Shown: positions 37,024-50,981 of the stretch, one piece after another
How the letters are laid out: every line of letters starts with the position of its first letter
How positions within the stretch are numbered: position 1 is the first letter of the stretch
From: Actinomycetes bacterium
GTDB lineage: Bacteria; Actinomycetota; Thermoleophilia; Gaiellales; F1-60-MAGs149
Reading direction: 5' to 3'
Length of the DNA stretch: 64,000 bases
NCBI GenBank assembly: GCA_025360225.1
Contig: JANYCN010000042.1
Span: 112,302-176,301, forward strand
Made by a program: the position numbers and the translations under genes
Notes under the pieces: model-generated
The model's database searches: none
The model's input: only the letters and a program-made list of their open reading frames with translations
What the model was told of the DNA's origin: nothing

Positions 37024-37771
37024 GCTCGACGACCTCGAGGGCGAGCTTGTAGTAGGCCTCCGCGCCAGCCGAGTCCGGATCAAACGAGGTGATCGGCACG
37101 CCGTGAGAGGGCGCCTCAGCGAGCCGAACGGAGCGCGGGATGACGCTCTCAAACACCTTTGGGCCGAAGTGCGCCCGCACCTCACGCGCGACGTCTGCCG
37201 CGAGGCGGGTGCGGCCATCGTGCATCGTCAGCAACAGGCCAGTGAGCGCAAGCTGCGGGTTGACCCGGGCGCGGATGATCTCGACCGACTCAAGCAGCTG
37301 GGTGAGCCCCTCTAGCGCGTAGTACTCGCACTGGACCGGCACGATCAGACGGTTCGCGGCCGCGAGGGCGTTGAGGGTCAGCATGCCGAGCGACGGCGGG
37401 CAGTCGACGATCACGTAGGGATACTGCTCGCCGACCTCTGCGAGCGCCCGACCAAGCACCCGCTCGCGATCCTCCCGTCCAGGCAGCTCGACGGCCGCGG
37501 CCGCGAGGTCCGGGTGCGCCGGCGCGAGGTCGAGGTTCGGCACGCACGTCGCAACCGTGATCTCCTCAAACGTCGCGCCATGCAGGAGCTGGTAGGTCGA
37601 GCGGGCACGCGAGGGCCGGTGACCGAGCCCCGTCGTCGCGTTGGCCTGAGGGTCGAAGTCGACGAGCAGCACGCGTGCGCCCCCCTCGGCGAGGCACGCC
37701 GCCACGTTGATGGCGGTCGTCGTCTTGCCGACGCCGCCCTTCTGGTTCGCAAGTGCGTAGATGCGGGACAT
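37016..37771 (-). CDS. parA: chromosome partitioning ATPase ParA (Soj)
   Basis: Deviant Walker A KGGVGKTT. 251 aa. Confidence 0.95.
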   Translation of the reverse strand: MSRIYALANQKGGVGKTTTAINVAACLAEGGARVLLVDFDPQANATTGLGHRPSRARSTYQLLHGATFEEITVATCVPNLDLAPAHPDLAAAAVELPGREDRERVLGRALAEVGEQYPYVIVDCPPSLGMLTLNALAAANRLIVPVQCEYYALEGLTQLLESVEIIRARVNPQLALTGLLLTMHDGRTRLAADVAREVRAHFGPKVFESVIPRSVRLAEAPSHGVPITSFDPDSAGAEAYYKLALEVVERG

Positions 37772-37812
37772 TCAGGCGGTAGCGTAGTGGACGGGTCGGT
37801 CGGAGCGGCACC

Positions 37813-37828
37813 TGTTTCACGTGAAACG
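37813..37828. promoter_or_regulatory. parS centromere-like site (TGTTTCACGTGAAACG)
   Basis: 15/16 match to the ParB-binding consensus TGTTTCACGTGAAACA. Lies in the 3' end of rsmG, 42 nt upstream of parA. Confidence 0.85.
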
Positions 37829-38464
37829 GACGAAGGGACGCTTCAGCGCCACCGGTCCGTCGCGGGAACCGCTCGGGCGTCGGCCCCGTCTTGCGGAGCA
37901 CCACCAGATGGCGCCGCTCGCTGCCAGCGACCCGATCGAGGTGCTCCACCTCAGCGCCGAGCATCGCCGCGGCGGTGGCGAGCGCACCACCGTCGAAGGC
38001 GCCGGTGTACAGGATGACCGCGCCGCCTTCGCGGACGAAGGGAACGCAGAGCTCGGCCGCCACGACGGGGGGCGCGAGGGCCCGCGCTGTCGCGATCGCG
38101 TACAGCTCCCGCCGCCGTGTCGCAAACACCTCCGCGCGCTCGCAGACCACCGAAACCGTGGCGAGCGCGAGCTCGCTCACCGCTCGGGCGAGAAACGTCG
38201 CCTTCGTCCCGGTGGCCTCCAGCAACGTCAGCTCGCGGTCCGGAAAGCGGATGGCGAGCACGAGGCCTGGAACGCCCCCGCCGGACCCAACATCGATGAC
38301 GGGCCCAGGCCCCTCGGGCTCGATCAGGGGGCGGCGACGAGCGCGCCTTCGACGTGTCGCGCGTACGCATCGGGGTCCGATACGGCAGTCACACGTGTCG
38401 CCGACGCGGCCATCAGCGTGAGAAGCTGGCCGTAGCGCGGGTCGTCAGGCGAGACGGCTGGCAT
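37817..38464 (-). pseudogene. rsmG: 16S rRNA (guanine527-N7)-methyltransferase RsmG/GidB; reading frame interrupted twice
   Basis: Frame A from ATG 38464 reads MPAVSPDDPRYGQLLTLMAASATRVTAVSDPDAYARHVEGALVAAP, then TGA. The SAM-binding core (LIEPEGPGPVIDVGSGGGVPGLVLAIRFPDRELTLLEATGTK...ERFPRRTG) is in the -1 frame. The conserved tail ALKRPFVRFT* (stop 37817) is back in frame A. Confidence 0.7.
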
Positions 38465-38487
38465 CTCAGGCTGCTCGCCCCGCCATC

Positions 38488-38503
38488 TGTTTCACGTGAA
38501 ACG
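38488..38503. promoter_or_regulatory. parS centromere-like site (TGTTTCACGTGAAACG)
   Basis: Identical 17-mer (ctgtttcacgtgaaacg) to the site at 37812-37828. Lies between the jag stop (38504) and the rsmG start (38464). Confidence 0.85.
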
Positions 38504-39268
38504 CTACTCGGTGGAGGCGCCAGCGGGCGCGACCACGATAAACCGGTACGGCTCGCGCCCGTCGCTCGAGGTCTCGACGTCACCCTGGCCCTTGAGGAAC
38601 AGGTGGACGATCTTCCGCTCGACGCTCGTCATCGGCTCGAGCGAGACCGGCCGACCCAACCGCACCGCGTCGCTGGCGGCCCGGGTCGCCGTCTCATGCA
38701 ACGCCTGCTCGCGGCGACGGCGATAGTTCTGCGCGTCAATCACGACGTGCTTCCCGTCGTCGCCGCGCGTCAGGATCGCGTTCACCAGGTACTGCAGGGC
38801 ATCGATCGTCTTTCCGTGCTTGCCGATCACGAGCCCGAGGTCCTCGCCGCTCAGCGTGGCCGTCAGCTCCGTGTCCGACTCCGCGACGTGTACGGCGGCT
38901 TCTAGCCCGAGGCCGGACGCGATCGATACCACGAGGTCGCGAACCGCCGTTGCCTCGGCCGTATCGCTCTGCGGCGTCGAGGGGGCAGCGACGGCCCTGC
39001 GCGGTGCCTCGCTGCGTCGTGGTGCGCTGGGCCGCGGCGACGGCGAATCGGACTGCTCGCCCGCTCCGGACGGACGCTCGCCGAGCGTCGCGACGACGCG
39101 AGCAGGCTCGCGGCCGATGCCCATCAGGCCGCGCTCGCCCTCGGTCAGCACCTGGAACGCTACGCCCGTGCGGTCGAGGCCTGGGAAGCGGCGCTCGAGC
39201 TCGCGCAGGGCGGCCCACTTCGCCTCACCAACCGTCTCGCCCGTTGCCTCGTACGTCAGGTCGTCCAT
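38504..39268 (-). CDS. jag: Jag/KhpB-like RNA-binding protein (Jag_N, KH, R3H)
   Basis: Start set at ATG 39268, overlapping the yidC stop (ATGA). LIGKHGKTIDALQYL (KH) and SLEPMTSVERKIVH (R3H). Confidence 0.85.
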   Translation of the reverse strand: MDDLTYEATGETVGEAKWAALRELERRFPGLDRTGVAFQVLTEGERGLMGIGREPARVVATLGERPSGAGEQSDSPSPRPSAPRRSEAPRRAVAAPSTPQSDTAEATAVRDLVVSIASGLGLEAAVHVAESDTELTATLSGEDLGLVIGKHGKTIDALQYLVNAILTRGDDGKHVVIDAQNYRRRREQALHETATRAASDAVRLGRPVSLEPMTSVERKIVHLFLKGQGDVETSSDGREPYRFIVVAPAGASTE

Positions 39269-40047
39269 CAGCGACCCTTCCCCTTCGGCTCGGTCGGCGC
39301 TTTCGGCTTCGTCGACGCCATCTTCTTCGCGGGCGCAGGCGCAGGCGCAACGATCGGCGCGGGCGGCGGGTACCACTTCTTGATCACCGCGGCCTGACCG
39401 ACCGTCCAGATGTTGGTCGTGATCCAGTACAGCATCAGGCCGGTCTTGAAGTTCTGGTTGATGATGAAGAACGCGAACACGATCGGCAGTGCCGCGAAGA
39501 TGTACTTCTGCTTCGGGTCGACCGACGAGGGCATGAGCAGCGTCGAGCCGACCTGCGATCCAACGTAGATCACCATCAGGACCGCCAGCGTGAAGTTCGG
39601 CAGGTGGTTCAGCGGCGTCGTGATGTCGTGGATCGCACCGAACAGGAACGTCTTGTCGTCGCTCTCCGCGATGAAGCCCTTCGTGTCGCGCAACAGCAGA
39701 AAGAGCCCGAGGAAGATCGGCATCTGGGCGAGGAGCGGCAGACACGACGCGAACGGGTTGACCTTGTTGTCGCGGTAGAACTCCATCGTCTTCTGCTGGA
39801 GCATCTGCTTGTCGCCGCGGTACTTCTCCTGCAGCTTCTTGATCTCAGGCTGCACCGCCTGCATCCGCCGCATCGACTGCTGCTGCTTGACGGTGAGCGG
39901 CACGAGCGCAAGGCGGACGATCACCGTGAGGATGATGATCGACCAGCCCCAGGAGACGCCGGAGACCGTGTGGATGTGCTCGAGCAGCCATCGCAGCGGC
40001 CCGGTGACGGGCGAGAGAATGGACTCGTACAGGCTAAGCGTCGTCAT
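39268..40047 (-). CDS. yidC: membrane protein insertase YidC (short, Gram-positive type)
   Basis: IIILTVIVRLALVPLTVKQ...KVNPFASCLPLLAQMPIF blocks. Confidence 0.9.
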   Translation of the reverse strand: MTTLSLYESILSPVTGPLRWLLEHIHTVSGVSWGWSIIILTVIVRLALVPLTVKQQQSMRRMQAVQPEIKKLQEKYRGDKQMLQQKTMEFYRDNKVNPFASCLPLLAQMPIFLGLFLLLRDTKGFIAESDDKTFLFGAIHDITTPLNHLPNFTLAVLMVIYVGSQVGSTLLMPSSVDPKQKYIFAALPIVFAFFIINQNFKTGLMLYWITTNIWTVGQAAVIKKWYPPPAPIVAPAPAPAKKMASTKPKAPTEPKGKGR

Positions 40048-40271
40048 CGTGGCACCGGGTCATATCCGCCGTGGCTCCATGGGTTGCAGCGCAGCAGGCG
40101 CCAGAGGGCGAGCAGACCACCGCGCACCAGGCCGTGGGCGCGGAGCGCGTCCTCGGCGTAGGACGAGCAGGTCGGCTCGTAACGACAGACTCGACCCGCG
40201 GACGCGCCGCCGGGCCAGAGGGGGCGCAGAACATAGCGATAGAGCCCGCGAACGACACGAAGGAGGATCAT
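40044..40271 (-). CDS. yidD: membrane protein insertion efficiency factor YidD
   Basis: CRYEPTCSSYA...CNPWSHGGYDPVP signature. Confidence 0.9.
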   Translation of the reverse strand: MILLRVVRGLYRYVLRPLWPGGASAGRVCRYEPTCSSYAEDALRAHGLVRGGLLALWRLLRCNPWSHGGYDPVPR

Positions 40272-40633
40272 GAAGGACCAGCCTCGCCCGCGATCAGAGC
40301 ACGGAGCTCGTCGACCAGCCAGACGAACCCCTGCGTCTCGATCGCCTCGGCCGCGCCGGATCGAGCAACGATCACGACGTCTGAGCCAAGAGGTAGCGCG
40401 AACCCCGGCGAGGCGACGGCCTCGCGGAGCTGCCGCTTGACGCGGTTACGCACGACGGCGTTGCCGACCTTCTTGGGCACGGCGACGCCGACGCGCGGTG
40501 CCTCAGCATCCTCGCGCGGGAACAACGACACGACGAGGTGACGGCTCGACCGCGAACGGCCGCGCCGGTAGACGGCGTCGAAGTCGGCCGACCGGGTGAG
40601 CCGGCGGCGCGCAGCGGTCGACGGCGCGTTCAC
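40268..40633 (-). CDS. rnpA: ribonuclease P protein component
   Basis: RLTRSADFDAVYRRG...VGVAVPKKVGNAVVRNRVKRQLRE (RNR motif). Confidence 0.9.
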   Translation of the reverse strand: MNAPSTAARRRLTRSADFDAVYRRGRSRSSRHLVVSLFPREDAEAPRVGVAVPKKVGNAVVRNRVKRQLREAVASPGFALPLGSDVVIVARSGAAEAIETQGFVWLVDELRALIAGEAGPS

Positions 40634-40638
40634 GGTGA

Positions 40639-40773
40639 TCAGGCCGAGAGGTTCTTGCGGCCTCGCGCGCGGCGCTTCTTGATCACGGCGCGGCCGGCGG
40701 CAGTGGCCATGCGCTTGCGGAATCCGTGCGCCTTGGCACGCTTGCGGACGTTCGGCTGGTAGGTGCGCTTCAT
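40639..40773 (-). CDS. rpmH: 50S ribosomal protein L34
   Basis: [44 protein letters not shown] (44 aa). The ORF-track entry 40639..40947 is an upstream extension. Confidence 0.95.
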   Translation of the reverse strand: MKRTYQPNVRKRAKAHGFRKRMATAAGRAVIKKRRARGRKNLSA

Positions 40774-41092
40774 TGGCTCGTCAGTCGCAGGGATAAACGA
40801 CCGCGGGAGGCGGCCGGAGGCGCAGTATACGTGGTCGCGCCGTGCGGACCGCCAGGCACCGTGCGCGTTGGGACAACGATGCCACCTCAGCCGCTTGAAT
40901 TCCTGCCAGATACAGGAAAGACGCGTTATCCACAGCTGGGGATACATCTGGGGATAGCGTCTTTTTCCTGCAAAATGCGCACTTTCCTACGAGCGCACTG
41001 GCGACGAGAGCGACGCAGCCTTGCTATCGTCTCTCGGCGTTGGAGCGTGGCTCCAGCGAGGCGAGGGATGACGGCCGGAGGCTGGCGTACGC
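40774..41092. other. oriC, rpmH-dnaA part: DnaA-box cluster plus a relatively AT-rich stretch
   Basis: Perfect TTATCCACA at 40926-40934. Box-like sites on the reverse strand: TTATCCCTG (40788-40796), TTGTCCCAA (40868-40876), GTATCCCCA (40937-40945), CTATCCCCA (40949-40957). AT-richer gtctttttcctgcaaaatgcgcactttcc at ~40958-40987. Confidence 0.8.
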
Positions 41093-42508
41093 GTGGACGA
41101 AGGGCAGAGAGCATCGGCGGTATCCGCGTGGAGCGACGTCGCTGGGCGCCTGCAGGAGACGCTCAACGAGACTGCCTGGTCGGCCTGGTTCGCCGGCGCT
41201 GTGCCACACGGCCTCGCTGATGCGACGCTCGAGGTGACGCTCCCGAACGAGTTCACCCGTCAGTGGATCGAGGGGCATTTCGCGTCGCTCGTCGCCGCTG
41301 CAGCCCACGAGGCGGCCGGTGGCCCGCTCGACATCTCCTTCCGTGTTGCACCACAGCCATCGGTTCGACCGCGTCCGGTGGCGCGCGAGGACGCCCAACG
41401 GCCGGCCGTTGACACGACGACGGCGACACGAGCCCGGCGTCCGTACCCCGACCGAGACGACCGCCGAGAACGGCGGTTCGACGTCCACCCGCTCAACCCG
41501 AAGTACACGTTTGATCACTTCGTCATCGGGTCGTCGAACCGCTTTGCGCACGCTGCAGCGTTGGCCGTCGCCGAGGCGCCAGCGCAGGCCTACAACCCGC
41601 TGTTCATCTATGGACCGACAGGCCTGGGGAAAACCCACCTCCTGCAGGCGATCGGTCACTACCTCCGAGCCGAGACTCCCGGACTGCGTTGTCGCTACGT
41701 CACGAGCGAGTCGTTCGTCAATGACTTTATCGGCGATTTGCAGGAGAAACGCCTCGAACAGTTCAAGGCGCGCTATCGCACGTACGATCTTCTCCTGGTC
41801 GACGACATCCAGTTTCTGGGTGGCAAGGAGCGTATCCAGGAGGAGTTTTTCCACACCTTCAACAGCCTGTACGAGGCCGGCGGGCAGATCGTGCTCAGCT
41901 CCGACAGGCCCCCGCGTGACATCCCGAAGCTCGAGGAGCGCCTCCGGTCACGGTTCGAGTGGGGCCTGATCACCGACGTCCAGCCACCTGATCTGGAGAC
42001 AAGGATCGCCATCCTGCGGAAGAAGGCGCAGCGCGATGCGATCCGCGTGGCCGACCAGTCCGTGCTCTCAGCGATCGCCTCGCGGATCCAGACGAACATC
42101 CGTGAGCTTGAAGGCGCCTTCACACGGGTCGTTGCATACGCCTCGCTGAACGGCGTCGGCATCTCCGAGGAGCTCGTTCGGGACGTCCTACGCGACCAGT
42201 TCCCGGAGGGAGCACGTCCGGTCACTGCCGAGCAGATCCAGAAGGTCGTTGCCGACGCGTTCAACGTCTCCATCGCCGACCTGAAGGGTGACCGTCGGAC
42301 GCAGCAGTTCGTGTACCCGCGACAGCTCGCGATGTACCTGTGCCGAGAGCTGACGGACCTCTCGCTGCCGAAGATCGGACAGCGCTTCGGTGGCCGCGAC
42401 CACACGACGGTGCACTATGCAGAGTCGAAGATCACGCGGCTCCTCAGCGAGGACCGCCAGGCCTACAACCTGGTGCAGGACCTCACAGCGCGTATTCGCC
42501 GCATCTGA
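41093..42508 (+). CDS. dnaA: chromosomal replication initiator protein DnaA
   Basis: GTG start. Walker [12 protein letters not shown]. Domain IV ...[34 protein letters not shown]. Confidence 0.95.
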   Translation: MDEGQRASAVSAWSDVAGRLQETLNETAWSAWFAGAVPHGLADATLEVTLPNEFTRQWIEGHFASLVAAAAHEAAGGPLDISFRVAPQPSVRPRPVAREDAQRPAVDTTTATRARRPYPDRDDRRERRFDVHPLNPKYTFDHFVIGSSNRFAHAAALAVAEAPAQAYNPLFIYGPTGLGKTHLLQAIGHYLRAETPGLRCRYVTSESFVNDFIGDLQEKRLEQFKARYRTYDLLLVDDIQFLGGKERIQEEFFHTFNSLYEAGGQIVLSSDRPPRDIPKLEERLRSRFEWGLITDVQPPDLETRIAILRKKAQRDAIRVADQSVLSAIASRIQTNIRELEGAFTRVVAYASLNGVGISEELVRDVLRDQFPEGARPVTAEQIQKVVADAFNVSIADLKGDRRTQQFVYPRQLAMYLCRELTDLSLPKIGQRFGGRDHTTVHYAESKITRLLSEDRQAYNLVQDLTARIRRI

Positions 42509-42823
42509 GCGTGCCGTTGGGCGCTCGCCGGTTCGGGGACTCCGGAACGGGGACGGTAGACGCCGCCTGCAACGCCTGGGGATAGCCGTGGGATGACCTT
42601 GGGGGGCGTGCCCTTCGTTCCCCAGACAGGGGCAGCTCACCGCCGTTTCCGAGTCTTGGCTCCACATCATCCGACACTCGCTCCCATGGTCATCCCACGC
42701 GCTCTACGGCGTCAACCGGTGGTGGGGAGGCCGATCGGATGGTTATCCCAACGCTCCCCGGTACCTACTACGAGGACGAGGGTACGTAAACTACTCGTGT
42801 CCTTATTGGAGGCTCCTGAGACC
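42509..42823. other. oriC, dnaA-dnaN part: second DnaA-box cluster and AT-richer segment
   Basis: CTATCCCCA (rev, 42577-42585). TCATCCCAC as an inverted pair (rev 42588-42596, fwd 42690-42698). TTATCCCAA (42743-42751). AT-richer gtacgtaaactactcgtgtccttattgg at ~42782-42809. Confidence 0.65.
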
Positions 42824-43930
42824 TTGAAGATCACCTGTTCGACAACCCACCTCGCTGACCGTCTGGCGATCGCCTCGCGTGCCACCTCAACGCGGGCGTC
42901 AATCCAGGTTGCGTCGGGGATCCGAATCAGCGCGCCCGACGCTGAAGGGCCCGTCGAGCTCGCTGCCACCGACCTCGAGCTGTCTCTCCGCGTGCCGCTT
43001 GACGCCGAGGTGGAGGAGCCAGGGTCGGTCGTCCTTCCGGCGCGGGTCGTGCACGACATCGTGCGCCAGCTCCGTACCGATCGGGTGACGATCACCTCCA
43101 CGAGCGGCGATGGTCGCGCGAAGATCACCTCCGGCTCAGGCGAGTACGGCGTGCACACGCACCCCGTTGAAGACTTCCCTCGTCTACCGGAGATCGACGC
43201 GGAGCGCACCTTCGAGCTCGACCGTCAGGTGTTCGGCGGCACGGTCGACCGGGTCATCCGCGCGGCCTCGAAGGACGAGTCGCGTCCCGTGCTCACCGGC
43301 GTGCTCGTGCACCTCGAGCCAGGTCGTCTGACGATGGCAGCGACGGACTCCTACCGCATGGCGGTTCGCGAGACGGCGCTTGCGGACGTCGTGCCGGAGC
43401 CGGTTGAGGCGATCGTCCCGGCGCGCGCGCTCGCAGAGCTCGGCCGGCTGCTCGGGTCGTCGAGCGGAACGCTCGCGGTCTGCGTCGACCGCAATATGAT
43501 CGCGTTCGGTGTCGACGGCGTCTGGCTCACCGCGCGACGCATCGAGGGCCAGTTCCCGAACTTCCGCTCGCTGAGGCCGGCAGCGTTCGAGCATGAGGTT
43601 CGCCTGCCGCGGGCTGAACTGCTCGACGTCGTTAAGCGCGTCGGGATCTTCGCTCGGAACAACGCGCCGCTTCGGCTCTCGTTCGCGCCCGGCGAGCTGA
43701 CGGTCTCCGCGTCGACGCCCGACGTCGGCGATGCGCAGGAGACGATCCCCGCATCGTTCGGCGGCGACCCGTTCTCGATCGGCTTCAACGCCGACTTCTT
43801 CCGCGACGGCCTCGATGTGACCGAAGGCGACGACACGACGGTGCAGATGATCAACCCGATCCGCCCCGCCGTGCTCGGCGGCTCTGACGACGGCTTCTGG
43901 TATCTGATCATGCCGATCCGCCTGTCGTAG
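42824..43930 (+). CDS. dnaN: DNA polymerase III beta sliding clamp
   Basis: Frame of ORF 42593..43930. Start set at TTG 42824 (LKITCSTTHLADRL), 11 nt after GGAGG. 368 aa. Confidence 0.9.
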   Translation: MKITCSTTHLADRLAIASRATSTRASIQVASGIRISAPDAEGPVELAATDLELSLRVPLDAEVEEPGSVVLPARVVHDIVRQLRTDRVTITSTSGDGRAKITSGSGEYGVHTHPVEDFPRLPEIDAERTFELDRQVFGGTVDRVIRAASKDESRPVLTGVLVHLEPGRLTMAATDSYRMAVRETALADVVPEPVEAIVPARALAELGRLLGSSSGTLAVCVDRNMIAFGVDGVWLTARRIEGQFPNFRSLRPAAFEHEVRLPRAELLDVVKRVGIFARNNAPLRLSFAPGELTVSASTPDVGDAQETIPASFGGDPFSIGFNADFFRDGLDVTEGDDTTVQMINPIRPAVLGGSDDGFWYLIMPIRLS

Positions 43931-43950
43931 CGGCAGGATCGGCCGCCGAC

Positions 43951-45042
43951 ATGCAGGTCGAACGCCTGCGGGTGACGCAGTTTCGCTGCTACGAGCGCGC
44001 TGACGTGACGTTCGCCGCAGGTGTGACGGCCATCGTCGGAGCGAACGGCGCCGGAAAGACGAGCCTGTTGGAGGCGGCGCACCTTGCCCTCACAGGCTAC
44101 TCGCCGCGTACAACGAACGACGCTCGCTGCGTGCAGGAAGGAGCGGCGTTTCTCCGCGTCGAGGCAGAGGTCGTTGCGCGCGGCTCGTCACACGACGTCA
44201 GCGTTGGCTTCGAGCCAGGTGTCCCGAAACGCGTCACCCTCGACGGCAAGAGCCTTCGATCGAGGGACCAGCTCGACGCCTGGTGGACGTGTCTCGTCTT
44301 CCTTCCCGACCGCCTCGCTGTCGTGAAACGTGCGCCAGCCGTGCGACGCGCCTACCTCGACCGCGCGACGAGCCGCCTGGAGCCAGCCCATCTCACCGAG
44401 GTGCTCGCCTACACCCGGGCCCTGACGCAGCGCAACGCCCTCCTGAGACGGGTCAGAGCTGGCGTCACGCCTGGAGCGGCGCTGGACGTCTGGGACGTCG
44501 TGCTCGCGAAGCACGGTGCGGCGATCATCGCTGCTCGCTCCCGGACGTGTGCCGCCCTCGCCCCGCTGTTCGCGGAGCGCCTTGTGGCGCTCGGCGGTCC
44601 CGGAGGTAGCACCCTGACCTACCGACCGCGCCTCGACGGTGGGGAGAAGGATCTGCTCGCCGCCCTCGAGGCACGCCGTGGTGTTGACATCGACCGTGCG
44701 GTGTCCGGCACCGGGCCGCACATGGACGACGTCCTGCTGAGCGAACGCCGGCGCGATCTCCGCGTCTACGGCTCACAGGGCGAGCAGCGCACGGCGGTCC
44801 TCGCCCTCCTCCTAGCCGAGGCGCGACTGATCGTCGAGCGGCGAGGGGAAGAGCCGATCCTGCTGCTCGATGACGTCCTCTCCGAGCTCGACACCGGCCG
44901 TCGCCGTCGGCTCATCGAAACGGTGCGCGAGCACGGTCAGGCGTTGATCACGACGACGGAGGTCGCTCACCTGCCGGAGCCACCGGATGGCGTGCTGGTG
45001 GTCTCCGCGGGCTCCGTTGCTCCGCTCGTCGAGCGCGGATAG
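43951..45042 (+). CDS. recF: DNA replication/repair protein RecF
   Basis: Walker A GANGAGKTSLLEA. Signature GSQGEQRT. Walker B ILLLDDVLSELD. Confidence 0.95.
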   Translation: MQVERLRVTQFRCYERADVTFAAGVTAIVGANGAGKTSLLEAAHLALTGYSPRTTNDARCVQEGAAFLRVEAEVVARGSSHDVSVGFEPGVPKRVTLDGKSLRSRDQLDAWWTCLVFLPDRLAVVKRAPAVRRAYLDRATSRLEPAHLTEVLAYTRALTQRNALLRRVRAGVTPGAALDVWDVVLAKHGAAIIAARSRTCAALAPLFAERLVALGGPGGSTLTYRPRLDGGEKDLLAALEARRGVDIDRAVSGTGPHMDDVLLSERRRDLRVYGSQGEQRTAVLALLLAEARLIVERRGEEPILLLDDVLSELDTGRRRRLIETVREHGQALITTTEVAHLPEPPDGVLVVSAGSVAPLVERG

Positions 45043-45051
45043 CCTGCTGGC

Positions 45052-45525
45052 GTGACGCGCCCACGCAGCCTCGTACCGGTCGGTGAGCTGGTCGGCGCCC
45101 TCGTTCCACCGTCCGCGGGCGGCACGAGCCTCGTGCCGATCAGCCGCGCCTGGGCGTCCGTCGTCGGGCCCGTGATCGCGCGGGAGAGCTGGCCGGCGCG
45201 GATTGGAGCGGATGGCACCCTGCACGTTCACGTCACGAGCTCGCTGTGGGTGAGCGAGCTCACGCTGCTCGGAGCGGACATCCTTGGGCGACTGGTCGCG
45301 GCGGTCTCGGTGACGGGAGTGAGCAGCGTCAGCTTCCGCGTTGGCACCGTCCCGGTCGCGCCCGTGAGGAGAGAAGCACCGCCGCCGCCCGTCACCAGTC
45401 CGGCCGCGATCGCGGCTGCTCGCGAGCTTGCCTCGGTGATCGCTGACCCGGCCCTCCGCGAGGCCGCGCGGCGGGCGATCGAGCGGGCGATCGTGCGGTC
45501 CATCAGCACCCCTGATTCGGGATAA
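45052..45525 (+). CDS. DUF721 / DciA-like protein
   Basis: Conserved recF-gyrB position. ...W..VVGPVIARESWPARIGADGTLHVHVTSSLWVSELTLL is typical of DUF721. Confidence 0.75.
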   Translation: MTRPRSLVPVGELVGALVPPSAGGTSLVPISRAWASVVGPVIARESWPARIGADGTLHVHVTSSLWVSELTLLGADILGRLVAAVSVTGVSSVSFRVGTVPVAPVRREAPPPPVTSPAAIAAARELASVIADPALREAARRAIERAIVRSISTPDSG

Positions 45526-50587
<5,062 letters not shown>

Positions 50588-50981
50588 CGGCGGCGATCGC
50601 GGCGGACAGGGAGAGACCGCGATCCTTGGCCTGCTTGATCAGCAGGACCGTCTCGATCGCAGCAACGTCGTACGTCCGTCGCTTGCGACCTCCCGTCGGG
50701 ATCAGCGCCCGCTGCGTCCAGTAGTCGAGCTGCATCTTCGTCACGCCGGTAACCAGGCAGACCTGTCCAAGCGTCAGCTCGACACCGCGAAGATGTTCGA
50801 GGACGTCGATCGGGTCGAGCAGGTCGGCACTCGTGACCATTGGCGCGAACGTAGCAGGTTCGCTCCCCGGCGTAAAGTCCGCGACGGGTCATTGAAGCTG
50901 TCAGCAGGAAACGGCGGGTTCGTGCGCGAACGCCGTGGGAGTCGCCTAGTGTTCGGCAGGGCGGTCGATCGTCCCTCTCGC

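Noticed and set aside
37566-38261. Track ORF taken at face value as rsmG, running 205 nt into parA
   Set aside because: It starts after the SAM-binding GSGGG motif. Its last ~95 residues are Arg/Pro-rich nonsense overlapping parA. The conserved N- and C-termini lie in the neighbouring frame (see the rsmG finding).
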